Shown piece by piece: positions 36,564 to 46,733 of a DNA stretch of 64,000 nt. Position numbers and translations under genes: made by a program. This stretch comes from an uncultured Enterobacteriaceae bacterium (GTDB lineage: Bacteria; Pseudomonadota; Gammaproteobacteria; Burkholderiales; SG8-39). The number at the start of each line of letters is the position of its first letter. Position 1 is the stretch's first letter. The notes beneath the pieces were generated by a model. It did not search any database. It saw only the letters and a program-made list of their open reading frames with translations, and was not told the origin of the DNA. The stretch spans positions 1,659-65,658 of the forward strand of contig CAZYVT010000006.1 in the NCBI GenBank assembly GCA_964651335.1. Direction: 5' to 3'.

Positions 36564-38018
36564 ATGCAGATTGCTTTGCGTGTTCCATTGGGGATCTCAG
36601 GGGTGGAACGACGCCATTACGACGAGATGCGCGACGCGAACGGCGAAGTGCGCCCGCACTTCCAGCCGCTTGCGGAGTGGCTCGCCGAGACTCCGCCGGC
36701 GCGCGTCACCGAAAAGCGCCGCGAGGCCGACCTGCTGTTTCACCGGGTCGGCATCACGTTCGCCGTGTACGGCGATAAGCAGGGCGACGAGCGGCTGATT
36801 CCGTTCGACATCGTGCCGCGGGTCATTCCCAGGCCCGAGTGGGACCAACTCGAACGCGGACTCAAGCAACGCGTCAGCGCGCTCAACCGCTTCCTGCACG
36901 ACATCTATCACGACCGGGAGATTCTCAAAGCCGGCGTGATCCCCGAGGAGCACGTGACCCGCCACGACGCGTACCAGCCGATGATGCGCGGGCTCGACCT
37001 GCCGAACGGCGTGTACTCCAACATTGCGGGAATCGACCTGGTGCGCCACGACGACGGCAACTGGTACGTGCTCGAGGACAACCTGCGCACGCCTTCGGGC
37101 GTGTCGTACATGCTGGAAAACCGCAAGATGATGCTGCGTCTTTTTCCGGAGCTGTTCGCGCGCCAGCAGGTGCTGCCGGTCGAGCACTATCCCGCGCTGC
37201 TGCTTGAGACGCTGCGCGCCGCCGCCTCGCCGCGCGTGCGGCGCGATCCGACCGTGGTCGTGCTCACCCCCGGCCCGCACAACAGCGCCTATTTCGAGCA
37301 CGCGTTCCTCGCCCAGCAGATGGGCGTCGAGCTGGTCGAGGGCGCGGACCTGTTCGTCAAGGACGACATGGTCTACATGCGCACCACCGCCGGCCCGCAG
37401 CGCGTGGACGTGATCTACCGCCGGGTCGACGACGCCTTTCTCGACCCGCTCGCCTTCCGGCCCGATTCGGTGCTCGGGGTGCCGGGGCTGGTGTCCTCGT
37501 ACCGCGCGGGCAACGTCGCGCTCGCGAACGCGATCGGCACCGGGGTTGCGGACGACAAGTCGACCTACCCGTACGTGCCGGAGATGATCCGCTTCTACCT
37601 CGGGGAGGAGCCGATCCTCGCCAACGTCCAGACCTGGCAATGCAGGAAGCCGGAGGATTTGAAGTACGTGCTGGGCCATCTCGACCAGCTGGTGGTCAAG
37701 GTCGTGCAGGGCTCGGGCGGCTACGGCATGCTGGTCGGGCCGGCGTCGAGCAAGGCGCAGATCAAGGCGTTTCGTGCGCGTTTGCGAAAGGACCCGGGCA
37801 ACTACGTCGCGCAACCGACGCTATCGCTCTCGACCTGCCCGACCTTCGTCAAGAGCGGTATCGCGCCGCGCCACGTCGATCTGCGGCCGTTCGTGCTCTC
37901 GGGCAGGGACGTCAGGCTGGTGCCCGGCGGCCTCACGCGGGTCGCGCTCAAGGCGGGTTCGCTCGTCGTCAACTCTTCTCAGGGCGGCGGCACCAAGGAC
38001 ACCTGGGTGGTGGACTGA
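36564..38018 (+). CDS. circularly permuted type-2 ATP-grasp protein (DUF404/DUF407), system A
   Basis: 484 aa with YDEMRDANGEVRPHFQPL, ...IPFDIVPRVIPRPEWDQLERGLKQRVSALNRFLHDIY and ...VVKVVQGSGGYGMLVGP. The start may instead be GTG about 36603. Confidence 0.85.
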   Translation: MQIALRVPLGISGVERRHYDEMRDANGEVRPHFQPLAEWLAETPPARVTEKRREADLLFHRVGITFAVYGDKQGDERLIPFDIVPRVIPRPEWDQLERGLKQRVSALNRFLHDIYHDREILKAGVIPEEHVTRHDAYQPMMRGLDLPNGVYSNIAGIDLVRHDDGNWYVLEDNLRTPSGVSYMLENRKMMLRLFPELFARQQVLPVEHYPALLLETLRAAASPRVRRDPTVVVLTPGPHNSAYFEHAFLAQQMGVELVEGADLFVKDDMVYMRTTAGPQRVDVIYRRVDDAFLDPLAFRPDSVLGVPGLVSSYRAGNVALANAIGTGVADDKSTYPYVPEMIRFYLGEEPILANVQTWQCRKPEDLKYVLGHLDQLVVKVVQGSGGYGMLVGPASSKAQIKAFRARLRKDPGNYVAQPTLSLSTCPTFVKSGIAPRHVDLRPFVLSGRDVRLVPGGLTRVALKAGSLVVNSSQGGGTKDTWVVD

Positions 38019-38956
38019 TGCTCTCGCGTGTCGCCGACCGCATCTTCTGGATGTCGCGGCTGATGGAGCGCGCGGAGAACATGGCGCGCATCCTGGGGGT
38101 CACCTCGGACCTCGCGGTCCTCGGCACCAAAGAGGTCCAGCAGCAGAACCTGATTGCGCCCCTCACCATCACCGGGACCGCGGAGGAGTTCTTTGCGCGC
38201 CACGGCGCGGTCACCCTCAGGACCTTGATCGAGTACCTCGCGCTCGACGACGCGAGCCCGTCCTCGATCTGCTCATGCCTGAGGCGGGCGCGCGAGAACG
38301 CGCACGAGGTGCGCTGGCAGATCACCTCCGAGATGTGGGAAACGCTGAACGCCACCTGGATCGAGGTGCGCGGGATGCGCCGCGACAAGCTCGACGGCGC
38401 GGCGGCGATGAAATTCCTCGACTGGGTGAAGGAGCGCAGTCATCTCTTTCGCGGCGTCACCTACGGCACCATCGTGCGCGGCGAGGCGTTCGACTTCTCG
38501 CGCATCGGCACTTTTCTCGAGCGCGCCGACAACACGGCGCGCATTCTCGACGTGAAGTACCACATCCTGCTGCCAAGCGTCGAGGACGTGGGCGGCGCGC
38601 TCGACTACTACCAGTGGGCGGCGCTGCTGCGCTCAGTGTCCTCGTTCGAGACCTACCGCGCGCTCTACCGCGACCAGATCCTGCCGATCCGGGTCGCGGA
38701 GCTGTTCATTCTCGAGCAGCGCATGCCCCGTTCGCTGGCCGCTTGCGTCGATCAGATCACGCTGGCGCTCGGACGCATCCGCGGGCAACAGGATGCGCCC
38801 GCGAAGCGGCTCGCGAGCGAGCTGCACGCGCGGCTCACCTACGCCAACATCACGGAGATCTTCCAGAGCGGGTTGCACCAGTACCTGGAGGCCCGCCTCG
38901 AGGACTTCGGCGAGCTTGGCAGCCGCATCCAGCGCGCCTACTTGGGGGCTGCGTGA
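38018..38956 (+). CDS. alpha-E domain protein (DUF403), system A
   Basis: MLSRVADRIFWMSRLMERAENMARIL is the hallmark alpha-E N-terminus. The ATG overlaps the upstream TGA (TGATG). Confidence 0.85.
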   Translation: MLSRVADRIFWMSRLMERAENMARILGVTSDLAVLGTKEVQQQNLIAPLTITGTAEEFFARHGAVTLRTLIEYLALDDASPSSICSCLRRARENAHEVRWQITSEMWETLNATWIEVRGMRRDKLDGAAAMKFLDWVKERSHLFRGVTYGTIVRGEAFDFSRIGTFLERADNTARILDVKYHILLPSVEDVGGALDYYQWAALLRSVSSFETYRALYRDQILPIRVAELFILEQRMPRSLAACVDQITLALGRIRGQQDAPAKRLASELHARLTYANITEIFQSGLHQYLEARLEDFGELGSRIQRAYLGAA

Positions 38957-38966
38957 AAAGCGTCTG

Positions 38967-40061
38967 ATGCCCCCTGACAAGGCGGCGCTGACCGCGATCC
39001 TGGGGTTGTTGGCCGTGCTGGCCGCGGGCACGGCGCAGGCGCACCAGACCAGGCTGTCGAGCTCGATGCTCGTCCTACAAGGGTCGGGGGTCGCGGCGAC
39101 GCTGGAACTGAACGGCGCGGACCTGAACGTCGCCGCGAGGGTGACGCTCACCGGCGACGGTAATGAGGTGCTGCCGCAACAGCTAACCGCGCAGGAGCAA
39201 GCCGTCCTCGACTACCTGCGCGGCCGCGTGCATCTGCAGTTCGAGGGCGGCACGCAATGTCCCGCCGGAGATGAAGTGCTGCAGGCCAAGCGCGACCATG
39301 TCGTCGTGCGGCTTCGTTTTCGCTGCCCGCCGCTCGGCCGGCCGCTCGTTTATCGGGTAACCCTGTTCCACGAGATCGATCCGGCGGCCAGGCATGTCGT
39401 CACCGTGGACGGCCGCGAGCGGCGCCTCGGGCTGCTCGGCGCCGCGAACCCCGAGTTGCGGATTTCGGGTGTGCAAATCGGGTTGGTCGAGACGCTGCGG
39501 CATTACGTTGTCGCGGGGATCGAGCATATCGCCATCGGCTATGACCATATCGCGTTCCTGCTCGCGGTGATCGTGCTCGGCCGGCGTTTCTGGCCGCTGT
39601 TCGCGGCGGTAACCGCGTTCACCGTCGCGCACTCGATCACGCTTACGCTGGCGGTGCTCGGATTGGTCGTGCTGCCTTCGCGCATCGTCGAGCCCCTGAT
39701 TGCCACGACCGTCGTCTACGTGGCGGTGGAGAATTTTTTCGTCCGCGACATCCGCCATCGCTGGAGGCTCACCTTCGTGTTCGGTCTGATCCACGGCTTC
39801 GGCTTCGCCTCGGTGCTGCGCGAGCACGGCATTCCGGACCAGGCGCTGATTCCGGCGCTGGCGGGGTTCAACGTCGGCGTCGAGGTCGGTCAGATCCTGG
39901 TCGTTGCGATCGCCGTGCTCGCCTGGCGGGCCGGGTTCGCAGTCAGCGGAAACCTGCGCATACGTGGGGACGAGTCGCTTGAGCGGCGCGCGTCGCTTGT
40001 GGTCTCCGCCAGCGTGCTCGCGCTCGGGCTGTACTGGCTCGGCGAGCGGTTGCTCGCATGA
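38967..40061 (+). CDS. HupE/UreJ-like (HupE_UreJ_2) membrane protein with an N-terminal periplasmic domain
   Basis: Signal peptide (LAVLAAGTAQAH), a periplasmic region of about 170 aa, then GIEHIAIGYDHIAFLLAVIVLG...TAFTVAHSITLTLAVLG...FGLIHGFGFASVL. Confidence 0.7.
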   Translation: MPPDKAALTAILGLLAVLAAGTAQAHQTRLSSSMLVLQGSGVAATLELNGADLNVAARVTLTGDGNEVLPQQLTAQEQAVLDYLRGRVHLQFEGGTQCPAGDEVLQAKRDHVVVRLRFRCPPLGRPLVYRVTLFHEIDPAARHVVTVDGRERRLGLLGAANPELRISGVQIGLVETLRHYVVAGIEHIAIGYDHIAFLLAVIVLGRRFWPLFAAVTAFTVAHSITLTLAVLGLVVLPSRIVEPLIATTVVYVAVENFFVRDIRHRWRLTFVFGLIHGFGFASVLREHGIPDQALIPALAGFNVGVEVGQILVVAIAVLAWRAGFAVSGNLRIRGDESLERRASLVVSASVLALGLYWLGERLLA

Positions 40062-40155
40062 TGACGCCCGCATTGACAGCGGCGACGGGCTGGCAGATAG
40101 TAGCGCGGCCCGCGTCCAGGGGCGCGATCTCGTTCCAAAACCGAGGGGGGTTAAA

Positions 40156-41409
40156 ATGAAGAAATCTCTCGCAGTCGTTTTCTCCGTGGCCGCCGGCGTG
40201 ATTTCGATGCCGGCGCCGGCCGACACCACCGACGTCAAGACGCAGGCCCGGGTGCTCGTGAAGAAAATGGGTGCCCACTGCGCGGACGACCGCAACTGCT
40301 TCAACCGCTATCACCCGGCCATCAAGCCGGTGATGACGGCCAAGCCGGGTCAGTACCTCACTTTCGAGACGCGCGATGCGCTCGACTCGGATCTCAACAT
40401 CAACTCGTTGCCGAAGGATGTCCGTGCGGTCGATCTCAACCTCGTGCATCCGCTCACCGGCCCTCTCCACATCGAAGGCGCGAAGCGCGGCGATGTGCTG
40501 GCGATCACCCTGATCGACATCGACCCGGACGAATACGGCTACACCACGGTGGTGCCCGGCTTCGGTTTTCTGCGCGACCGCTTCCCGGAACCCTACGTGG
40601 CCAACTGGAAGCTGACCCGGGTCGAGGCGACGTCCGACCAGCTTCCGGGCGTACGCGTCCCCTTCAACGGCTTCATGGGCACCGTGGGCGTGATGCCCGG
40701 TTTGCCCGAAGTGGATGCCTGGGAGGCGCGCGAGACGCAGCTCGGCAAGGCCGGAGGTGTGGCCCTGCCGCCGCAGCCCACCGGCGCCTTGCCCGCAGCC
40801 GTTTGCGGCCCCAATGGCAGCCACAAGGACAAGTGCCTGCGCACCATCCCGCCGCGCGAGAACGGCGGCAACATGGACGTCAAGCAGATGGTGGTCGGCA
40901 CCACGCTGTTGCTGCCCTGCTTCGTGGACGGCTGCGGGCTGTTCATCGGCGACGTGCACTATGCCCAGGGAGACGGCGAGGTCGCCGGGACCGCGATCGA
41001 AATGGGCGCCAAGGTGACGGTGCGCACCGAGATCCGCAAAGGAATGGCCTCGATGATCAAGGCGGGACCGCACTTCGAGGGCGGCTCGCAGCTCAAGAAA
41101 CTCGAACCGGACGTGTTCCATGCCACGGTTGCCTACCCGCTCAAGAAGGCGGGCGAGGTGCCACCGCAGCACAAGTATCTCAACGGCGACAAGATCGCGC
41201 CGCTCACCAACCTGTCCGAGGACCTTACGGTCGCCGCGCGTGGCTCGCTCAACGAGATGATCGACTGGCTGGTCAGGACCTACGGCTGGGAACCGGTGCA
41301 GGCGTACGTCTACGCCAGTGTCGCCTGCGACGTGCGCATCAGCAACGTAGTGGACGTGCCCAACTACGCCGTCACCACCATCTGCCCGCTGGAGAACATC
41401 CGCAAGTAA
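40156..41409 (+). CDS. acetamidase/formamidase-family protein with a signal peptide
   Basis: MKKSLAVVFSVAAGVISMPAPA is followed by the FmdA_AmdA core (HPLTGPLHIEGAKRGDVLAITLIDI..., GGNMDVKQM, GDVHYAQGDGEVAGTAIE). Confidence 0.85.
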   Translation: MKKSLAVVFSVAAGVISMPAPADTTDVKTQARVLVKKMGAHCADDRNCFNRYHPAIKPVMTAKPGQYLTFETRDALDSDLNINSLPKDVRAVDLNLVHPLTGPLHIEGAKRGDVLAITLIDIDPDEYGYTTVVPGFGFLRDRFPEPYVANWKLTRVEATSDQLPGVRVPFNGFMGTVGVMPGLPEVDAWEARETQLGKAGGVALPPQPTGALPAAVCGPNGSHKDKCLRTIPPRENGGNMDVKQMVVGTTLLLPCFVDGCGLFIGDVHYAQGDGEVAGTAIEMGAKVTVRTEIRKGMASMIKAGPHFEGGSQLKKLEPDVFHATVAYPLKKAGEVPPQHKYLNGDKIAPLTNLSEDLTVAARGSLNEMIDWLVRTYGWEPVQAYVYASVACDVRISNVVDVPNYAVTTICPLENIRK

Positions 41410-41433
41410 GACGGCAGGTATCTTGAGGCATAT

Positions 41434-41464
41434 CGAGGGCGGGAATTCCGCCCTCGTTGTTTTC
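41434..41464 (+). terminator. rho-independent terminator after the formamidase gene
   Basis: CGAGGGCGG-GAATT-CCGCCCTCG (9-bp stem) followed by TTGTTTT. Confidence 0.65.
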
Positions 41465-41538
41465 CCCGGCAGCCCGATTGCAGGCCTGACGGGGAAATCG
41501 GACGCCGCCCGACAAATACCGACGACAGGCAGGGGATC

Positions 41539-42102
41539 ATGAATCGCCGACAATTCCTCTCTCTTACGGCCGGGTCCGCCGGCTGGGTTCTTCTTTCCGG
41601 TCACTCGCCTTACCGGCAGTGGATCGTTTACCGGGAGACACACCTGATCATTCTCACCAGCCGCGACGATCTCGGCGCCGACGATCTGGGCGAGAAGTTC
41701 GCAGCCATCGTGCGCGGGGCGCTGCCCGACAGCAAGGCGGCGGTCGGGCGCGGGCCGCGCGTGCAGCGCATCGCCAGCCTGATCTCCACCCGGCAGGTGG
41801 CGGTCGGCGTCGTGTCGCGGCCCAATGCGCTGGCCATGTATCACGGGGAGGGACCGTTCCAGCAATACGGAGCCATTCCGTTGCGCGTGCTGGTCCAGAA
41901 CGACGTGTATCGACTGGTGTGCCGCGACGACTTCCTGCCGCAACATGGTTTTCTCCTCGCCGAGGCGCTGATGGAGAACGGCAGGGACCTTGGCCTGTCC
42001 ATACCCGGGCATGACGCGGTCGACACCGGTGATATTCCTCCGCACGTGGGCGCACTGGCTTTCGCAGAGGGACGGCCTCTCGATCTGCGCGACGCGCAGT
42101 AA
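41539..42102 (+). CDS. hypothetical exported protein (Tat-like signal; weak TAXI-type binding-protein resemblance)
   Basis: MNRRQFLSLTAGSAGWVLL has a twin-arginine-like N-terminus. AMYHGEGPFQQYGAIPLRVLVQNDVYRLVCRDD resembles TAXI solute receptors, but the protein is only 187 aa. Confidence 0.45.
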   Translation: MNRRQFLSLTAGSAGWVLLSGHSPYRQWIVYRETHLIILTSRDDLGADDLGEKFAAIVRGALPDSKAAVGRGPRVQRIASLISTRQVAVGVVSRPNALAMYHGEGPFQQYGAIPLRVLVQNDVYRLVCRDDFLPQHGFLLAEALMENGRDLGLSIPGHDAVDTGDIPPHVGALAFAEGRPLDLRDAQ

Positions 42103-42159
42103 CGTCGTCCCGCCGCCCCTGCGCTGCCAGCGCAGGTCTTCAACGCGAACCGTAAATCG

Positions 42160-42876
42160 ATGATGCGAACTCTCGTTGCTTGCCTGGTGGCGAGCCTGCC
42201 CCTGGACGCGATGGCGCACGATCTCATTACCGCAGAATCCGCGCAAACCTACCTTGCCGCTGTGGCGCAGTCGCAAAAGACGATCGCATCGAAAGAGCCG
42301 GCGGCAAAACGCGCCCTGGCGCACCTCGACCTGGGGAAAACTCTGGACGAAATCCGCGAGCTGCTCAACCGCGATCTCGCCGCCCACGGAAACGTGCAGG
42401 GTCTGCCGTCGAACTACCTCCTCGCCGAGTTGCGGCGCCACGGTGCCCCGCTCGCCTGGTCGGAGAAGCGCCGCCGATTTACCGCCAACACGCAATACTT
42501 CGAGCAGGCGCTCGGACTCGCGCCCCGCGGTCCGCGCGCGACAGATGCAGGAGTGCGGCTGCTGCAAGGACGCTTCTACGACAGTTTCGAGACCGATCCG
42601 CTCGCGGCGGACGAGCCGTGGCCGCGGCTCGCCGAACAGGTCGTGCTTGCGGAGGACTTGGCCGCGCGCGAACTGCAAGGCGACGCGCGCGAGGAAGTCC
42701 GGTTCATCGGCGCGATTCTGCACGCGCGCGCCAGCCTGCGCGCGCCGGACGCCGCTTCGAGACGCAGCCATGGCAGGAAGGCGACGGAAGCGATCACCGC
42801 GTTCGAGGCACGTTATCCGGACAGTCTGCGCAGCGCGGTGATGCCGATCCTGCGCGATGCGCTCGGCAAGAATTAG
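42160..42876 (+). CDS. hypothetical secreted protein
   Basis: 238 aa with signal peptide MMRTLVACLVASLPLDAMA. Predicted helical, no recognisable family. Confidence 0.45.
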   Translation: MMRTLVACLVASLPLDAMAHDLITAESAQTYLAAVAQSQKTIASKEPAAKRALAHLDLGKTLDEIRELLNRDLAAHGNVQGLPSNYLLAELRRHGAPLAWSEKRRRFTANTQYFEQALGLAPRGPRATDAGVRLLQGRFYDSFETDPLAADEPWPRLAEQVVLAEDLAARELQGDAREEVRFIGAILHARASLRAPDAASRRSHGRKATEAITAFEARYPDSLRSAVMPILRDALGKN

Positions 42877-42935
42877 CGCGCATCAACGCGATCGGCGAGG
42901 CGCAAATCGTGTAGAAAACGGGGCTAGACTTAGCC

Positions 42936-45900
42936 GTGTCCATCCACGTCGCCCTGCACCACGTCACGCGCTACCGCTACGACCGGCCGGTGGCGCTCGG
43001 CCCGCAGGTGATCCGCCTGCGTCCCGCGCCGCACTCGCGCACCCCGATTCACGCCTACTCGATGCGGGTGCTGCCGGAAAAGCATTTCATCAACTGGCAG
43101 CAGGACCCGCAATCGAACTATCTCGCGCGGCTCGTCTTCCCGGACAAGACGCGGGAACTGGAAATCAGCGTGGACCTGGTGGCCGAGATGTCGGTCATCA
43201 ATCCGTTCGACTTCTTTCTCGAACCCTACGCGGACAAATTCCCGTTCCGCTACGAGGACTGGCAGCTGCACGAGCTTGCGCCCTACCTCGTCAAGCTGCC
43301 GGCGACGCCGCAGTTCAAGACCTACCTCGCCGACGTGCCGCGCGAGCCGAAGCACACGAACCACTTCCTCGTGGAGCTGAACCAGCGGGTGCAAAAGGAC
43401 GTGCGCTACCTGATCCGGCTCGAGCCCGGCATCCAGACGCCGGAGGAGACGCTTGCGAAAGCGAGCGGCTCGTGCCGCGATTCGGGGTGGCTCCTGGTGC
43501 AGTTGCTGCGCCACCTGGGGCTTGCCGCGCGGTTTGTCTCCGGTTACCTCATCCAGTTAAAGCCCGACGTGAAATCACTCGACGGACCGTCCGGGACGGA
43601 GGTGGATTTCACCGATCTCCACGCCTGGTGCGAGGTGTACCTGCCGGGCGCGGGCTGGGTGGGGCTCGACCCGACCTCGGGCCTGCTCGCCGGCGAAGGG
43701 CACATTCCGCTTGCCTGCACGCCCGAGCCTGCGAGCGCCGCGCCGGTCACCGGTGACACCGAGCCGTGCGAATCCGAGTTCTCGCACTCGATGAAGGTCG
43801 AGCGCGTGTGGGAGGCGCCGCGGGTCACCAAGCCCTACACCGAGGAGGACTGGCTCGCCATGGAAGCGCTCGGTGACCGGGTGGACGCGGAGCTCACGGC
43901 GCGGGACGTCCGACTCACCCAAGGCGGCGAGCCGACCTTCGTGTCGATCGACGACATGGATGGGCCGGAATGGAACATCACCGCGCTGTCGCCGAAGAAG
44001 CTCGAACTCGCGGAGAAGCTCCTCCGCCGGCTGCAGGCCCGCTTTGCTCCCGGTGCCCTGCTGCACTTCGGCCAGGGCAAGTGGTATCCCGGCGAGCCGC
44101 TGCCGCGCTGGGCGCTCGGCGTGTACTGGCGCGTGGATGGCAAGCCCATCTGGCGTGATGCAGCGCTGGTTGCGGAAGACGCCAAGGACTACGGCTTTAC
44201 GCCGGCAGACGCAAAGAAATTCGCAGAGGCGCTCGCCGGTCGCCTGTCGCTGCATCGCAGCCATGCGATTCCCGCCTTCGAGGATGTGTGGCAGATGCTC
44301 CAGCAGGAGCAGGCTTTGCCCATCAACGTGGATCCGCTCAAAGCCGATCTGAAAGATGCGGACGAGCGCAAGCGCCTCGCGCGAGTGCTGGATCAAGGCT
44401 TGGGTGAGGCCGCCGGCTACGTACTGCCGTTGAAACCGGCCGAGCGGCGGCCGGCCAAGACCCGCGGCAAGAACGTGCGCATCAACGACGTCGAGTGGCG
44501 TTCCAGCAAATGGCCGCTCAAGCGCGAACATCTCTACCTGATCGCCGGCGACTCGCCCGTGGGCCTGCGCCTGCCGCTCGCGACACTGCCCTGGGTGCTG
44601 CCCGAGGAGAGGGAGCGGGAGTTCCCGGTCGATCCGTTCGAGGCCCGGCCCGAGCTCGACGATCCGCACGACGGCGCCGAGCAATCCGTGCGCGCAGTCG
44701 AGAAACCGAAGAAAAATCCGAAGCCGCGCGAGATCATTCATACCGCGCTCTGCGTCGAGGTGCGCGACGGGCGGCTCAACGTGTTCATTCCGCCGGTAGA
44801 CCGCATCGAGGACCACCTTGCTCTGGTCGCGGCAATCGAGAAGACCGCGGCCGGGCTCAGGATGCCGCTCCGGCTCGAAGGCTATGCCCCGCCGCGCGAC
44901 CCGCGCATCAAGTTGCTCGCCGTGACGCCCGATCCGGGGGTCATCGAAGTGAACATCCACCCGGCATCGAGCTGGCGCGAACTGATGGAGAACACGCGCA
45001 TCCTCTATGAAGAGGCGCGGCAGGCGCGGCTCGGCACGGAAAAATTCATGCTGGACGGCCGCCACACCGGCACGGGAGGTGGCAACCATGTGACGCTCGG
45101 CGGCGCCACGCCTGCGAACAGCCTCTGGCTGCGCCGCCCCGACGTGCTGAAGAGTCTGATCACCTATTGGCAAAACCACCCGGCGCTGTCGTTTCTTTTT
45201 TCCAGCGCGTTCATCGGCCCTACCAGCCAGGCGCCGCGCGTGGACGAGGCCCGCGACGATCAGCTCTACGAACTGGCGATCGCCTTTCAGCAGATGGAGA
45301 AGGCGCTGCCCGAGGCGGAGGAAAGCGAACGCCCCTGGCTGGTGGACCGGCTGCTCCGGAACCTGCTCACCGACCTCACCGGCAACACGCACCGCGCTGA
45401 ATTCTGCATCGACAAGCTGTACTCGCCCGAGGGGCCGGCCGGCCGGCTGGGGTTGGTGGAATTCCGCGCCTTCGAGATGCCGCCGCACGCGCGCATGAGT
45501 CTTTGTCAGATGCTGCTGCTGCGCTCCCTGGTCGCCCGCTTCTGGCGCGAGCCTTACCAGGGGAAACTGGTGGCCTGGGGCACGCAACTGCACGATCGCT
45601 GGATGCTGCCCCACTTCGTCGCCCAGGACATTAACGACGTGGCTCGCGACCTGCAGCGCGCGGGCTATGCGTTCGATGAGCGCTGGTTCGATCCCTTCAT
45701 CGAGTTCCGCTTCCCGCGCTACGGCGAGTTCGCCGCGAGCGGCGCGCACCTCGAGCTGCGCGCAGCGCTCGAGCCCTGGCACGTGCTGGGCGAGGAAGGC
45801 GCGATCGGCGCCACCGCTCGCTACGTCGATTCCTCGCTCGAGCGCCTGCAGGTGAAGGCGACCGGCCTCATCGGCGAGCGCCACGTGCTCACCTGCAACG

Positions 45901-46247
45901 GGCGCGCGGTGCCGCTATCGCCCACCGGCAACGCCGGCGAATTCGTCGCGGGGGTGCGCTACCGCGCCTGGGCGCCGCCTTCGGCGCTGCATCCCACCAT
46001 CGGCGTGCACGCGCCGCTCGTGTTCGACCTCGTCGACACCTGGATGAACCGTTCCATGGGCGGCTGCCAGTACCACGTCGCCCATCCCGGCGGGCGCCAC
46101 TACGAAACTTTTCCGGTGAATGCTTATGAGGCGGAAGGGCGGCGGCTTGCGCGGTTTGTGAGGATGGGGCATACGCCGGGGCGGGTTGAGGTGCGGGAAG
46201 AGCCGCGGAATCCGAATCTTCCGTTCACGCTTGATTTGCGGCGATAG
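42936..46247 (+). CDS. large transglutaminase-family protein (Bact_transglu_N + transglutaminase core + DUF2126), system B
   Basis: 1103 aa with a GTG start. The N-terminus is HHVTRYRYDRPVALGPQVIRLRPAPH. The TGase Cys motif is GSCRDSGWLLVQLLRHLGLAARFVSGY with a downstream HAWCEVYLPGAGWVGLDPTSG, followed by a long DUF2126-like tail. Confidence 0.85.
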   Translation: MSIHVALHHVTRYRYDRPVALGPQVIRLRPAPHSRTPIHAYSMRVLPEKHFINWQQDPQSNYLARLVFPDKTRELEISVDLVAEMSVINPFDFFLEPYADKFPFRYEDWQLHELAPYLVKLPATPQFKTYLADVPREPKHTNHFLVELNQRVQKDVRYLIRLEPGIQTPEETLAKASGSCRDSGWLLVQLLRHLGLAARFVSGYLIQLKPDVKSLDGPSGTEVDFTDLHAWCEVYLPGAGWVGLDPTSGLLAGEGHIPLACTPEPASAAPVTGDTEPCESEFSHSMKVERVWEAPRVTKPYTEEDWLAMEALGDRVDAELTARDVRLTQGGEPTFVSIDDMDGPEWNITALSPKKLELAEKLLRRLQARFAPGALLHFGQGKWYPGEPLPRWALGVYWRVDGKPIWRDAALVAEDAKDYGFTPADAKKFAEALAGRLSLHRSHAIPAFEDVWQMLQQEQALPINVDPLKADLKDADERKRLARVLDQGLGEAAGYVLPLKPAERRPAKTRGKNVRINDVEWRSSKWPLKREHLYLIAGDSPVGLRLPLATLPWVLPEEREREFPVDPFEARPELDDPHDGAEQSVRAVEKPKKNPKPREIIHTALCVEVRDGRLNVFIPPVDRIEDHLALVAAIEKTAAGLRMPLRLEGYAPPRDPRIKLLAVTPDPGVIEVNIHPASSWRELMENTRILYEEARQARLGTEKFMLDGRHTGTGGGNHVTLGGATPANSLWLRRPDVLKSLITYWQNHPALSFLFSSAFIGPTSQAPRVDEARDDQLYELAIAFQQMEKALPEAEESERPWLVDRLLRNLLTDLTGNTHRAEFCIDKLYSPEGPAGRLGLVEFRAFEMPPHARMSLCQMLLLRSLVARFWREPYQGKLVAWGTQLHDRWMLPHFVAQDINDVARDLQRAGYAFDERWFDPFIEFRFPRYGEFAASGAHLELRAALEPWHVLGEEGAIGATARYVDSSLERLQVKATGLIGERHVLTCNGRAVPLSPTGNAGEFVAGVRYRAWAPPSALHPTIGVHAPLVFDLVDTWMNRSMGGCQYHVAHPGGRHYETFPVNAYEAEGRRLARFVRMGHTPGRVEVREEPRNPNLPFTLDLRR

Positions 46248-46325
46248 CGCGACGGCACTTCCCGCAGACGGAATCCGTTGATTTCCCGCCCCTCTTCATC
46301 TCCGAAATGGCTTGGTCCACTCGTA

Positions 46326-46697
46326 ATGGGTTGGGGCCTTCTTATTGCCGCGTTCGGTACCCCCTCCGCAGGCGTTTCGCCGCTTGTGGTCTACATTGCG
46401 TGCCTTCCGTTCATTCTCAGCGGTATGGCTGTAACGATGCATAGCTTCGGGCGCCCGACTCGCAGGGCTGTCATTTCGTTCCTGACCACCACCGCAATTC
46501 TCCTGCCACTCACTGGAATCGGATTCGGCCCGGCCCAGGGTGCATGCGAGGCAACGTCTTACGTTCTTGGTCTTTTCGAGCCGACTACTGCAAACTGCAC
46601 ATCTGCAGTTGCCGCGGCTTTGGCGATCGTGTGGTTGACGCTCGGTGTGGCTTTCTTCGCGTATGTATTCAAGTCGCGTGACCGGCCGGGGAGATAG
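46326..46697 (+). CDS. hypothetical 4-TM membrane protein
   Basis: The ORF has four hydrophobic segments and no family assignment. GC is lower than the surroundings. The start is uncertain (TTG 46278 in the ORF track, ATG 46326). Confidence 0.4.
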   Translation: MGWGLLIAAFGTPSAGVSPLVVYIACLPFILSGMAVTMHSFGRPTRRAVISFLTTTAILLPLTGIGFGPAQGACEATSYVLGLFEPTTANCTSAVAAALAIVWLTLGVAFFAYVFKSRDRPGR

Positions 46698-46733
46698 GTA
46701 ACAAAAACGTCGGGAGACATCGGTTACACGGTC

